Origin: Amphiscolops sp. MND2022
Lineage: Eukaryota
Direction: 5' to 3'
DNA length: 64,000 nt
NCBI GenBank assembly: GCA_964187785.1
Contig: OZ076409.1
Span: forward strand, 89,964,001-90,028,000
In this document: positions 36,784 to 50,205 of the stretch, in pieces
Numbering within the stretch: the first letter of the stretch is position 1
Layout: each line of letters opens with the position of its first letter
Program-made: the position numbers and the translations under genes
Notes under the pieces: model-generated
What the model was told of the DNA's origin: nothing
Database searches by the model: none
What the model saw: the letters and a program-made list of their open reading frames with translations, nothing else

Positions 36784-38133
36784 ATGGCTCACCAGCATTT
36801 TCGTCTGAAAGTTGCGTTTAGCGAGCTTGGTCAGGCTCTGTTTATGCCTGAGGAAAACTATGACTGGGCTAAAAACAAAATAAACTCGAAGATATTCGAA
36901 AAACTTAGACAAGCGAAGATGGAGTACAGCGTTAATAGGACCATTGTTTTTGGCTCAGCTGAAAAACACACTGGATTGTGGTTAAATATGGATTTTGATT
37001 GCGTCGTAATGGTGAACGTGAAGAAGTTTCCGTCAAATTTGGAAGAAAGGGAGCTATTGTGCAAAGAGATTTTACCAAAATGGGAGAATGTCTTGAGTGG
37101 CATCAAATTGGAGAGAAAGCTTCCAGGTTTTGGGTTGAACTATCGTTACGAAGGCATTGAGATAGATCTTCTCATTGGATTCAACGCAACTCACGATCCG
37201 AGTGATCATGGTAGGTCTGAAAGACAAGTGGCAAATGTTCTTCAAACTATCAAAAAAGTGCTTCCACTCGAAAAAAGAATTGAGTTTGCAAGGAGTTTAT
37301 CGACATCCTTGTGTGAGAAAGGAGTCGGCTTCATCAAAACGAAGAGTGCTGTTACAATTGAAGTTGCCAGAATAGCTAAATTCTGGGTGGAATTCGCTGG
37401 TTCTCCCAAGGTTAACGGCAAATCAACTTTAATCGAATTGATATGCGTTGAAGCTGTAACCCGATCCAAGAATGAACGTGACATTTTGGAGTGCTTCAAA
37501 AAGTTTTTGGAGCTAATGATCGACCATTCCTCATTACGAATTGGACAAGAGTTTCTAGAGAATCTCGACCCAGACGAAAAGGAATATATGAGCAAGCCTC
37601 CGTATATTATCGACCCAAGTAACCCATACAACAATATGTACGGTGGTCCTCGTGTGGACTTTTTGAAAATGTACAAGGAGAGAGCGACTGAAACTCTTCA
37701 CAAGCTCAACCGACATCCAGGCGATGCATTTGCTTTCAAAAATCCAAGGGACGATGATTGGCTAGATTTGGTATCCATACTCTATGTCACAGGATCTGGT
37801 GAGCGCCATGGTGTGAAACCCAGTGACGAGCCAACAAAATTTAAAATTGCCGTGGATTTGGATAAGGTTGATTTCAATATCTGCAAGGTATTCAGTGGTG
37901 ATTCATCACAGTACTCGGATTTGATGCGCTTCATTTGTTGTCATGCAGCTTTCATCCCGAGGTCTGTGACTGTTTTCGAACCGTACGTGGAGTGCTTGCA
38001 AAAAGCGCTCAATGTCAACACAAATATCAAGGTGGAGAAGACTGTATTAGCTCGTGATGGAATTGGATCGTGCCCCAGTGTCAACTTTCGCTACCCAGTC
38101 AAATGGTGCAACGGAATCTGGATTGGCATTTGA
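36784..38133 (+). CDS. 2'-5'-oligoadenylate synthetase-like nucleotidyltransferase (OAS/cGAS-DncV superfamily), 449 aa, intronless
   Basis: Pol-beta NTase signature FGSAEKHTGLWLNMDFDCVV, third Asp in IEIDLL, and OAS1 C-domain motifs ARIAKFW, STLIELI and IIDPSNPYNN; TATA-like sequence at ~36638-36652; AATAAA at 38176. Confidence 0.88.
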   Translation: MAHQHFRLKVAFSELGQALFMPEENYDWAKNKINSKIFEKLRQAKMEYSVNRTIVFGSAEKHTGLWLNMDFDCVVMVNVKKFPSNLEERELLCKEILPKWENVLSGIKLERKLPGFGLNYRYEGIEIDLLIGFNATHDPSDHGRSERQVANVLQTIKKVLPLEKRIEFARSLSTSLCEKGVGFIKTKSAVTIEVARIAKFWVEFAGSPKVNGKSTLIELICVEAVTRSKNERDILECFKKFLELMIDHSSLRIGQEFLENLDPDEKEYMSKPPYIIDPSNPYNNMYGGPRVDFLKMYKERATETLHKLNRHPGDAFAFKNPRDDDWLDLVSILYVTGSGERHGVKPSDEPTKFKIAVDLDKVDFNICKVFSGDSSQYSDLMRFICCHAAFIPRSVTVFEPYVECLQKALNVNTNIKVEKTVLARDGIGSCPSVNFRYPVKWCNGIWIGI

Positions 38134-39110
38134 AAAGACGCGAGAATTGATTCTATTTCGGGTATATTCTATTCAATAAAACTCATGGGATGGGGAAAAT
38201 TCGTTGCCAGAGATTTTGTCGTTTTAATTAGAGTTAACAGCTTTCACGAAAAGATACCATTTTAACTATTCAATCATTTAATTAATAAAACACGATCTTA
38301 TGAAACGTTTGATTTTGGTATCAAAATTGAGTCAAAAACTTAATTGCATTCAATCAACTCATAAAAACGTTTTTTGAGCAATGGAATATTTTCAGTCTTG
38401 AACTATATCACAACATTTGCGTAAAATGTGGTTAAAAAATAAATTTATGACAATGGAAGATTTTCAAAGGATACTTGAAATTTTGCTTGCGAAATCTTAT
38501 CTCTCTTTGCTTGTGAAATCCATAGCTTACACGAATCGCAAATCTTGCAAAATTCTTCCGAAATTCTTGCCAACTTTGCATTTCTTACACGAATCTTGTA
38601 AGTTTGTACAGTAGTCGCATATTTTGCAAATTTGTTACAATGTCGAACATTTCTTACAAGATTCTGATAACATTTCTGCAGAAATTGCATTTTCCGTAAA
38701 AAAAATCTTACAAAAATGCGATGTGTAATTTTGACTAAAAATTTGTTCAAGACGGTAACATTCGTTCAATTTAGTGTGTTTTTTGAATAACATCGGTATG
38801 AAAGGTCTGAATGAATGAGGGTCTGTATCTAAAACACCTTAATGGGTTACCTTTATTAGTAGCATTAAGGACGCTTTTCGGCACCCGTTTCCTGAAGCTG
38901 CTTGTGAGTAGGATTTTGGGTTGTGAAATTTGGATAATTCTTTCGAATAATTGCTATCAATGACTACTTTTTATTATGATATTATAATAAAAAGTAGCCA
39001 ATGATAGCAATTAATGCACAATTAGCGATAATTATCAAGATGAGTAGACTCAATACTAAAAGACTATTCCTAATAGAGAAACTAAAATGCCACAGCAACT
39101 ATAGATTGTA

Positions 39111-39243
39111 ATTACCGGCGACAAAAGTTACGACCACTAAAATTCAGACGACGAAATTTCCGACTACGAAATTTTTGACGACGAAGTTTCCGATGACGAA
39201 ATTTCCGGCGACGAAATTTCCTACGACAAAATTTCTGGTAATC
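39111..39243 (+). repeat. Short element of 15-bp tandem repeats with short inverted ends
   Basis: gacgacgaaatttcc-like unit ~8 times; attaccgg...ctggtaat ends. Confidence 0.7.
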
Positions 39244-42200
39244 AGCTCGATGAGTCTTTAAATAGTAGAAATTTTGTTATAGATTGTTCTTATAGATAGA
39301 ATACATAATGTAATATTCAACTAACTGAAGCTGACTTACCTTCGAAGTAACTTTCTTACTAGCTGAAGGATACTCGGAATCTTGGGTCGTTTCAGTGATT
39401 CCCATCCATTGTATGTCGATTGAATTCGTAAGTTGCACAAACAGTGCTTGTGAACTGATTTATAAAACTGCATCATGCAACGTAATATTTGTTGTCACTA
39501 ACAGAGTAATAGACCTAATATCACAAACAAGCTGTTGGTTTCCAATTATATTTAAATACTGCTTTTAATTTTTCTTTACAGCAGACGTCCACTTCAACAA
39601 CACAAACCACCTTCATGATAAGTTTTCTACTCTTTAGTTAAGGAATTGAAAGTCTTTTTTTCACAGCTGATGACTGAAAAACAAGTTGAAATTGGTTCGC
39701 TTTCAAAAGCTTTTTTTAGGCTATTTTCTTTAAAGACTACTATATAATAGTTAACAGCAATGACATTTGCATTTTATTTCAAGTAGTAAGCACATGTTTC
39801 ACGGATATAGTAAAAAGTGTCTCCCTTTGTTAGTGAGAGAGTTAGACTAGATGTTAAGGAAGAAAAAATTCGGTAGCGTTACAATACAATTCCAATTTCC
39901 ACAGAAATCATCAAAACATTTCAAGAATTTTCAAGAACTGTGTGATTTATTGGACTGTACCCACTGGAAAAAACACAGTTCAATTTCTGTATTGTTGGAA
40001 CAACTCTTGTCGTAACCGCTTTGAAGTTTATGTCGCATAGAAGCATTCAGTGAAAGTCTTTTTAAAAATGGAAAATACAGGGTGTATGCATGGAAAACTC
40101 TTGCTAAACTTCCGAGCAGCATGGACAAATCTGGCAGTGTTTCAGTGCTTTGAAAAACACATCATGCAGCCTACAGAATATTAAAACGACGACTATGCAA
40201 TGAACAACGTTTCTGAAAAAAAATCCTTTATTTCTAACACAATTCAGTACAAAGCTTCAAATGAGGCCAAAAAAAACTCAAATGGAAAAACTGAATTCCA
40301 AAATTATCGGTAATACAACCTCATCTACAAAAGCTTATCTGAACAAAACCATAAAATAACGGCTATGATGGTGCTGGCAAACCTTACCAAATTGTGCAAA
40401 AATCCTAATGAAAATCTGAAGAAAACCTTTTGCATCAGGGAAAGATTTAGCAATAATGCCTCTATATGAATCTCCCAAAAACGTGCTAAAAATGCTTGGC
40501 AGGAAATAATGAAAATGGCTGACTCTACGAATTCATGTAAAAGTTTCAAGCAGTTTCAACCAAGGAAGCTGAAAAAACTGAAAATCTTGAATACAAACCA
40601 TCAAAAAGTTCCAAAGAAATGCAAACTGTTGAGATATGAATTGTTGCTTGTTGAGCTCAGGAGTGCCTAGAAGTTATTCAACCTCACAACTAGCAGCGTA
40701 CATTCTAGAGTTGGGACAATGCTTAGGTCGCCTCGACAGGAAACCATGGTCTTACAGCAACACTAAACATTAGTTTTTCTGCCAAAAAAGGTCTCCAAGG
40801 GGGACTTTTCTAACGTCTGGGAGGCTCCTCATTTAGCGCTCTGATGCGACGTACCGTAAGAACGGTTCCTAAGGTTCCTGTGACTTGCTACATACTTCCG
40901 AGGTCCAAACACTGCAATTAGCTAAAGTACATCTTATTAGGTCTAATAATATTAGGCGACTGAAATAAAAGATCTAGATCATACATCACCAAATACCTGA
41001 AAACCAGTACAGACACTATGAGAAAATACTGCAAAAGCACAAAAGCATCTGGAACAGTCTCAGTGAGTTCCGAGTCTGAGTTGTACAAAAGTCGTGCTTT
41101 GTTTTGTGTCTTGGGGGATTTCCGCATTCTTCTTCTGAACCCGCTAGGGACGTTCTCTATATCGAAGGCGCAACACGGCCCGGGCGTCTTCTGAGGGCTG
41201 TCGCTCTTTTCTTTCAACTCTGGCGAACTTTGACTCATAGTCTCACAGATTTCATATAGCAAATGGAAATCAGTTGACAAGTAACGGTGCTCCATTGTAG
41301 GAATTAATTGAAACTGGAAAAAACGGAAACCAGCGAACAATGAAAAGTATCAACTTCTAAAAAAAACTGGCTCTCTTTCTCCTTTGAGCAGTGGGCAACT
41401 AAAATAATGGGGCCATTTAACACAGCAATCAACCCTGAAACCTGGAAAGACGTGGAAAGAGCAAAGTTAATTTGAAAACGAAGAAATAGAAGTCAAACGT
41501 TTCAGTACGCGCAATTTATTCACATGTAAACTACTCGCAAATTTAAAACTTGACTGACTTATCACGTGTTCAAGTGAGGTCCCATAACCAGTATTATTCG
41601 CATTGCGTGTGAGAAGAAACTGCTTTTACTACAGCCAAACAAATTCGTTAACCCTAGAGCACAAGGAAGGGCAAGAGTTCCGTGCATGCACCGCCGCCTA
41701 TGCATGCGCATAATTCCAAAATTCATTCTCACACCACAAATTCATGGAAAACTAAAACTTGTCAAAAAATCATGTTCCAGTAAGAACTTTTGTGGGAAAC
41801 TCATTCAAACAGAAAGAAAATTGGGCAGGAATGTTGATTCCTGGGAAGTTTGGTTCCTGCTGCGTTTTAAAGGATACGTCCCTGACAGGATGACGACGAT
41901 CTTCTTACGTCCAGCAAAAATACACGCATTCTGCACGCTATTCTCAATCGTAAATCAAGGTCAAAAAATCGCATCAATAGTTTAATTCAATTCATTTTTC
42001 CGGGATTTGTTTACGGTAACAGCAGTTATTTAATAGTTTCTGGGTACTAATTTTGGCGGTCTGAAAATAACTGAAACTTCCTTCTGCAGCTGCTGAGGAT
42101 GATTGAAGATCCCGATATATTTTGCGCAATAGATGAAAGTTGAAGCATTCCATCTTTGTTACTCATCCCGAAGTCTTGCAACGGTTTGAATTTGTTTTGA

Positions 42201-42479
42201 GTATCACCCATTTCCCATTTCAGACAATGTAGTGAATGGCCGGGAGACTGATCGATACACGTATCACTCTTGTTTGTAGCAACCGAACCAACTCGTAGTT
42301 TGTACATGCAAAAGTGAACGTTCGATTTGAGCGCTAATTAAACACCCGCCAAAAAACGTTGACAAAGATTACATTCGCCATGTTCATTGTTTTCCAAACG
42401 CTCAGTCTTTGAAATCACGTATTCTGAAAGCATTGAAATTATGGGTCCGAGAAAAACCAGTAATGAAACCAGAAAAGAG

Positions 42480-43372
42480 GTCATTCGGAAATTCCTTCGA
42501 AACTTTTCTGAAACGAAACTTTCGAAAAACCTTTAGGTCTCAAAACCTTCTGTGCATCGTAGTATTGTGGCGTACAAAAAAGACGCCATGATTGAACGCA
42601 AGAAAGGGCCAGGCAGAGCACCGATAACTACGAAAAATCGAAAAGTATTTCAAGACGCCTCTCAGTATTGTGTCCGAAACTTACATCTAAGGAGCTCAAA
42701 AACGACTGGGCAGATGGATACAAATATCACGCCAGTAGTATTAGAAGAATTTTGTTCGAATATGGGCATTTCGCGAGAAGGGGTGCCACAAAGCCTCTTT
42801 TGACCAAGAAACAGATTTTAACTCGTCTCAAATGGTGCAAACAGAAAAAAACACGATGTTTCACCGGAAGAAAGTGATATACAGCGATGAGAGCAGAATA
42901 CTCACCTCAAAAGTACCGGGTAAACTAAAATCGACTATGATTTTTGGGGCAATTTGGAGCAACGGACTTCGATTTTTAGAAAAAAGTCAACGGAAACATG
43001 AACGATGATCAATACATTGATATTCTACGTTAAAAAGGTCTTTCATTTATTGAAGATGACCAGCTCTTCCAACAGGACAATGCCCCATGCCAAAAATCGT
43101 CCCTAGTTTTATCCTTTTTTGAAGAAGAGGGAAATGCTTTACTCCCAGACTTGTGAGCTAGATCTTCGGACCTTGGTATCTTCGAGAATTTAGGGGAACA
43201 TTTGAAATTACGAGTATCAAAACATAACATTCTAAATTGCCAAGATTTATGGACAATTGTTCAATCTAAATTTTTAAAAATTCCGGACAGTTTCTTCGAG
43301 AATTTATTTGATTCAATCCCAAGATGAATTGATGCTGTTATCAAGAACAAAGTCCTTCCGATACGGTACTGA
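42480..43372 (+). mobile_element. Degenerate Tc1/mariner transposase
   Basis: Broken frames give KGPGRAPITT, SIRRIL...KPLLTKKQILTRLKWCK, VIYSDES, MIFGAIWSNG and FQQDNAPC; TIRs not identified. Confidence 0.85.
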
Positions 43373-43779
43373 AAACTCTTCAAAGTTTGTTACGTTACCG
43401 TTTTATAAATAGTAATACCATAGTTTTCTTATAACTGTTGTAATTCTTATAACTAGAGTTTTCTTAAAACTGGTTTGTTTGCTACAAACAAGACTGTAAC
43501 TGTGTAGTTGGTACATTATCGAAGTCAGAAACAATCGAAGCTGGTTTATCGTCGAACGCGACTTTCGTTTGTACTGAAAATCTTTCGAAAACCTGGATAA
43601 ACAATGACCGCATTTTCAAAAATCGGAAGCTTTGTTTTTGCACTGATCTCAAATAAGGTTACACAAAAACTGAAAGTAAATCCTTGTTATCAAAAGCACA
43701 AAGCTGTATTTTTCTGTTGCCGAGCTTCGATATTTATTTCTTGTATCCCTAGATTCACTGCTTGTGATTTTTTTGGACA

Positions 43780-46270
43780 ATCAGACTAGCCAAATTTTTT
43801 GAGGAATTTGAAAAACTACTGGGTTCCTAAATTCAACGAACCAGGAAGTTTTAAGTTCGGAGATTTCAACATCGACACACTGGAAGACGAAAAAGTTCAA
43901 CGATATTACAAAAACCTGAATTTTCTCTTTTTTCTCGACCAAAAGTTGAGAAAACTCCCACAACCTTTGAATGCAAATGATTACATGAACGCATTGGCAA
44001 AAACAATTAGGGAAACAGTTGATAAATTTGCACCAGGAAAGCGTGTTGAGAAAAATCAAAAACATTTCGTGGAGGCTTTGATCACTAACGAATATAAAAA
44101 TGCAATTGTAAAAAGGAATAAATTCTTAGAAAAACTTTTTCAAGATCCCACAGAAACGAGTCGTGAACGATACAAAATTGCCATAATAACGTTACCAATT
44201 TAGTCAGAAAAAGAAAACGAAACGAATTTCTCGAAAAACCGGAGGGAAATCCGACACCCAAACGAATCTACAGAACGTTGAAAACAAAAAATAATCAAAC
44301 CCAAAACACAAACAATCTCCCTGATGTTGAAATCTTAAATAACTCTTTTCTTTCTGTCGGGTCACATTTGTCCAAAACAAATTCAGGAAACATCTTCATC
44401 TTTCCCCTTTGAAATGCAACCAAAGTCAATGCTCTTGAGCGAAACCAATGAACAGGAGATTTCTAATGTCTTATGCAAAATTAAAAACACGATGAGTGAG
44501 GGTTATAATGGAATCTCAAACGAAATTTGAAATGTTGTTCTCCAATCGTTGAATGCTATCTTTCAAGAGTCGTAGACAAATGCCTAACAGAGGAAATTTT
44601 TCCAGAAAGTTTGAAAGTATCAAAGGTCATTCCTTTGTTCAAGAAAGGTGATAAAATTGAACTGCATTTATCACAGATTCAATTGATAGAAAGTAGACAG
44701 GACAAGCCTGCTTCGTCGATTTGAGCCAAGCATTTGACACAAATAATCATCCAGTTTCATTACGCAAACTGAAAATATATGGTTTCGGAGGGAGAATTTT
44801 CAACCTAAGTGAATCTTTCCTAATCAACCGATTACAATACAACGACTCTCTTGAAAAGACATCAGAAAAATGTAAAATTTTATGTGATTTTCCACAAGAA
44901 TCAGTGCTAGGCCTTTTTTTCTACTGTACATTTATGACCTGGACAATGCTTGCATCGAAAGGTTTTTAACAGTGTTCGCCGATGACACAACAGTTATCAA
45001 AGCAGGTCGTAAAACTGATTCTCTTATCCGCGAAGATGTGAAATTAATGACACATTGAATCGATGCTAACAAATTGACAATCAATGTCGATAAATGTGAA
45101 GCGATTCATTTTGGAAAGGCATTTTTGATGAAGTTCAGATCAAAGACAATCAGTTAGATTACAAACCCAGTTGTAAAAATTTACTAGTTTACCTTCATCC
45201 AACGCTGACTTGCAGAGACCACATAGACCATATTTTGAAAAAAAACTATTGAACTAAATTCTGCGGTCAAATTTACCACGTATGGCAGCTGTACCAAAAA
45301 AAGTTTGCTAACGTTTTACAACGCGTATGCTAAACCGAATATACCACATGGCTTTTTAATTTTTGGAGTCCGGCCAAAACTAATGTATCTAGAATGGAGA
45401 GTCTGCAAAGAAGTGTTCAACCCGCTAATTTTTAGGAAACGACAAAATTCTTTGCAAACAAGCCGAGAACGGCCAAAGTCGGCGCCATATCTAAGGCTCA
45501 AATTTAAAAGGGGGACCCTTCGTGCTTTGTGAAACTCCAGCTGGTTGCAAATAATTTTAAAAAATTGAAGGGGGACCCTTTGAAGACATGAAAAAATTTC
45601 CCAAAAAAATTTTTCAATGAGGTTTTTGAACAGTGTCACAGTGCCAAAAAATGTAAAAGGGGGGACCTTTTGCGGTTTTTTGACATCCATTGTGTTGCAA
45701 AATATCGAAACAAATGAAGGGGACCCTCTGGTGCAATCCAAAAAACTTCGAAAATTGTGGGGCTAAGGTGGATCTTTAGTGTGTTTTCGAGGTTGTGGAC
45801 GTCTGTTTTGTTTTTTCTTTTCGTTTTGGACGCGCTTCTGAGGTTGGAGTTGTTGAGGTTTGAAGTTGTTGAGGTTTGAGGTTGTTTAACAAATGAACAA
45901 AAAAGTGGACATTTCGTGTCTAAAAAAAAACAACCCAGTGTAATAGTCGGGCACATTTTCTACTAAAATGCGCCGACTAAAAATACTTGCTGTGAACAAA
46001 ATCAAAACTGTTTACGAGATTTTAATGAACTGTGTGGTTTATGAAAGTGTTAAAGATTTGAGATTTGATTCTCCATTGAAACTTCTAGATTTTGAGAAAC
46101 TGCCCTAGTCTAACACGACAACAAGATGGAACTCAGAAGGAGTTTTCGCTCCAATTGTGTCTCGAACTGCATTAAATAAATGCTCAGCAAATTCTCTAAT
46201 GAAAGCTTATAGTTGATTCACTGAATTGAACCTCATGCCACCTAACTTGCATGACCTAAGAATTCTTTAG
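43780..46270 (+). mobile_element. Degenerate LINE ORF2 (endonuclease end, RT, C-terminus)
   Basis: FGDFNID, FPESLKVSKVIPLFKKGD, FVDLSQAFDT, PQESVLG, FADDT and NKLTINVDK; many stops and an internal deletion. Confidence 0.85.
45458..45981 (+). mobile_element. Helentron-associated non-autonomous element inserted in the LINE
   Basis: Starts acaagccgagaacggccaaAGTCGGCGC; ends in hairpin agtcgggcacatttt...aaaatGCGCCGACTaaaa; absent from the duplicated LINE copy (ttgcaagaaatact at ~47867); no TSD. Confidence 0.75.
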
Positions 46271-47084
46271 TCTATATATTTGTGCCTAAAAGATTTAATC
46301 GAGCAAGATAGCATGCAAGTTGGTGCTTCTAACCATTGCAAAAAGGACACTAGCTCGAAGAACAAATATGCTCATTTGGTGTCCTAACTGAATAATTTGA
46401 TTGATAGATACTTATTTGTATTACTTGTCTCGTGCTATCCAGTTAACTTACCTTCTTCTTCTTCTTCGGTACTTTGTTGTTAGCCACTTGAACGATTTCC
46501 GAAGGCATTTTCGACAATAGTTTTTTTGTAACTTGTGCTAAATTGTCATTTTATATTCCAGCGCGTAGAAAATTTAAAAGGGCTTTTGCTCATAGGTTTA
46601 ATATTCAGTTTAGATTTCTAGAAAAAGACAATCGTGAATAGTTCTTTGACAATTTCGACAAAATGAAGCTCGAACATCGTGAGAACCCCGTACTGAGAAC
46701 ACAAGACGAGAATTTCTAAGTTGGCGCTATAACTAAAGCTCAAAATGCGCAAATTTTTTAAAATATGACCAGGGTGTATTTATGAAAAGCTCAAAAAACT
46801 GTTTCGAGACACCCAAAGGGTGCCTTTAATGCTCGATGAGAATTGGAAACCACTTTTCCCCCAACTGAGAACAGGAAAAAAAACATTTTTTTTTGAAACA
46901 AACTTCAGATTTTCTTCTTTCGGAGAATGTCAGTTAGTGCCAAAAAATGTAAAAGGGGGAACCCTTTGGGATTTATTAACATACATTCTGCTGCAAAATA
47001 TCAAAAAACTCGAAGATGGGAGTATATCAGTCCGGTTTCAGCCCTAAAAAGTCATGTATCCATGTGATCGCTAAAGTTACTGAA

Positions 47085-49050
47085 TTTATAACAGATTCAA
47101 TTGATAGAAAGTAGACAGGACAAGCCTGCTCCGTCAATTTGAATAAAGCATTTGACACGATTAATCATCCAGTTTCATTACGCAAACTGAAAATATATGG
47201 TTTCAGAGGGAAAATTTTCAACCTAATTGATTCTTTCCTAACCAACTGATTACAATACAACGACTCTCCAGGAAAGACATCAGAGAAATGTAAAGTTCTA
47301 TGTGGTGTTCCACAAAAATCAATGCTAGGCCTTTTTTTCTACTGTATATTTTTGACCTGGACAATGCTTGCACCGAAAGGTTTTTACCAATGTTCGCCGA
47401 TGATACAACAGTTATCAAAGCAGGTCGTAGAACTGCTTCTCTTATCCGCGAAGATGTGAAAGTAATGACACATTGAACAGATGCTATTAAATTGACAATC
47501 AATGTCGATAAATCTGAAGCGATTCATTTTGGAAAGGCATACCTTATGAAGTTCAGATCAAAGACAATCAGTTAGATTACAAACCCAGTTGTAAAAAATT
47601 AGTAGTTTACCTTGATCCAACGCTGACTTTCAGAGACCACATAGATCATATTGTGAAACAACTAAATAACTTCTGCGGTTAAATTTACAACGTATAGCAT
47701 CTTTACTAAAAAAAGGTTTGCTAACGTTTTACAACGCGTATGCTAAACCGATTTTATCATATGGTTTGTTTTTTTACGGAGCTGCGGCCAAAACTAATCT
47801 ATCTAAAATGGAGAGTCTGCAAAGAAGTGTTCTACGCGCTATTTTTTCAGGAAACGACAAGATTCTTTGCAAGAAATACTTGCTGTGAACAAAATCAAAA
47901 CTGTTTACGAGCTTTTATTGAACCGTGTGGTTTATGAAAGTTTTGAAGATATGAGATCTAATTCTCCAATGAAACTACTAGATTTTGAGAAACTGTCCTA
48001 GTCTAACACGACAACGAAATGGAACTCAGAAGGAGTTTTTGCTCCAATTGTGTCTCCAACTGAAGTAAAAAAATGCTTAGCAAATTCTTTAATGAATGCT
48101 TATAATTGGTTGACTGAACTGAACCTCATGCCCCTAACTTGCTAAGTTTGACTCAAAATGCACGGAGACTAGAGCAATTGAAAAAAACATATAAAACTTG
48201 TAAACGACCCATACATCACTGACAATAAAGAGCTCTTTAGTCTTTATTTTTGTGCCTAAAATATTTAAGCGAGCAAGATAGCATGCAAGTTGGTGCTTCT
48301 AACAATTGCAAAAAGGGCACTAGCTCGAAGATAAGTGGATAATTTGATTGATAGATGATTATTTGTATTATTTGTCTAATGCTATCCAGTCAAATTACCT
48401 TCTTCTTCTTCTACTTCTTCTTCTTCGGTACTATGTTTTTAGCCACCTGAACAATTTCCGAAGGCCTTTTTGGCAATAGTTTTTTTGTAACTTGTATTAA
48501 AAAGTCAGTTTTGATTCCAGCCTGTAGAGTATTTACAAGAGCTTTTGCTCATAGTGTTAATATTCAGTTTAGGTTTCTAGAAAAAGACAATCCTGAATAG
48601 TTCTTTGACAATTTCGACAAAATGAATCTCGAACATGGTGACAATCCCGTACTGGGAAAACAAGACGAGAACGTCTAAGTTGGCGCTATAACTAAAGCTG
48701 AAAATGCGCAAAGTTTTTAAAATATGACCAGGGTGTATTTATGAAAAGCTCAAAAAACTGTTTTGAGACACTCAAAGGGTGCCTTTAATGCTCGATGAGA
48801 ATTGGAAACCACTTTTCCCCCAACTGGGAACAGAAAAAAAAACATTTTTTTGAAACAAACTTTAGATTGTTTTCTTCCAGAAAATGTCACTTAGTGCCGG
48901 AAATTGTAAAAGGGGGGACCTTTGGGATTTATCAACATACTTTCTGCTGCAAATCATCAAAAAACTCGAAGGTGGGGCCCTTTGGAGACATCAAAGATTT
49001 TTCGAAAAAAAGTCGCACAGTACCGGAAAAAATCGAAAGGGGACCCTTTT
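47085..49050 (+). repeat. Diverged tandem duplicate of 44666-47020 (LINE 3' part, flank and partial HINE-like element)
   Basis: cagattcaattgatagaaagtagacaggacaagcctgc starts both copies, which stay collinear through acaagacgaga... at 46701 and 48660. Confidence 0.85.
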
Positions 49051-49656
49051 TGTAGTTGTTCCAGTTTTGTAGTTATACATTGCTTGAAAGGTTTTGCGAC
49101 TGAATAATTTCCAGGGTGGCTACTTTTCCGAGTGAAATCATTCAAAGTTATGGAATTTTCTCATTTCAAGAAATTGTTTCTGAAAATTACGTATGCTGCT
49201 TTCTCAAAGTACTGTGAAATTTTTGAATTTTGCTATTATTTTGAAAGAGGCCAAAGACAAACGTGATTTGTGTTTCATATATTGTACGTCAGCCAGCCTT
49301 ATTTGACACGTTTTGCGAGCCAGTGCAAACTCAAAAAATTCTGTCTTCTTGATGCTGTTTTATTTGTTTGGCAGCATGATTCGAGCGTGTGGTACATTAC
49401 TCTGCTGAATTTGCATGAGCGACAGAAGAACAATGAAACAATCAAATCTGTTTTAGTTTTTGCTTCAATTTAACCGAATAGTTTTTGTTCCATTCTGACG
49501 TCAATTTTTACAACATGTTCGAATTGGACGGAAGCGGGATCCTGGTGAAAGATGTGTGAGTATACTACTTACATGATTATCTGATTAGAAATTATAGGCC
49601 GATAATCTAATTATAATAATCTATAGGCTGATAAATCTAATCAGAAATTAACTAAA

Positions 49657-50205
49657 ATAAGCCGGGAACGGCCAAAGTCGGCGCTATATCTAAGGCTCAA
49701 AATTGTAAAAAGGGGGACCCTTTGGGTTTTAAGAAACTCCAGTTGGTTGCAAAATATCAAAAACATTGAAGCGGAGAACCTTTGGAGACCTTGAAAAGAT
49801 TCGAAAAAAATTTAAAATTGAGATTTTTGAACAGTGTCACAGTGCCGAAAACTGTAAAAGGGGGAACCCTTTGGAATTTTTTGAAATCCATTGTGTTGTA
49901 AAATATTTAAAAATTGAAGGGGAGACCTTTGGTGGAATTCAAAAAGCTTCAAAAAAAAGTCGCATAGTGCCGAAAAAAACCTGAGTGAAAAAATCCAAAA
50001 GGGGGATTTTACGTTATCGAGGTTCTGGACGTCGATGTTTTTGTTTTGGACGAGGTTCTGGCGTTTCGAGTATGTTTTGGAGGTCCGTAGTTAAAGTTGA
50101 TGATGTTGAACAAATGAACAAAAAAGTGAACCGATCGCGTTGAACTGACGAAAAAAAAACAAGCCACTGTAAGAGTCGGGATTTTCTTCGAAAACGCCGA
50201 CTAAA
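49657..50205 (+). mobile_element. Helentron-associated non-autonomous element
   Basis: Same termini and gggggaccct sub-repeats as 45458-45981. Confidence 0.75.

Noticed and set aside
36784..38133. Bacterial CBASS operon or contamination
   Set aside because: No adjacent effector genes or operon; flanks are eukaryotic repeats, with TATA-like and AATAAA signals.
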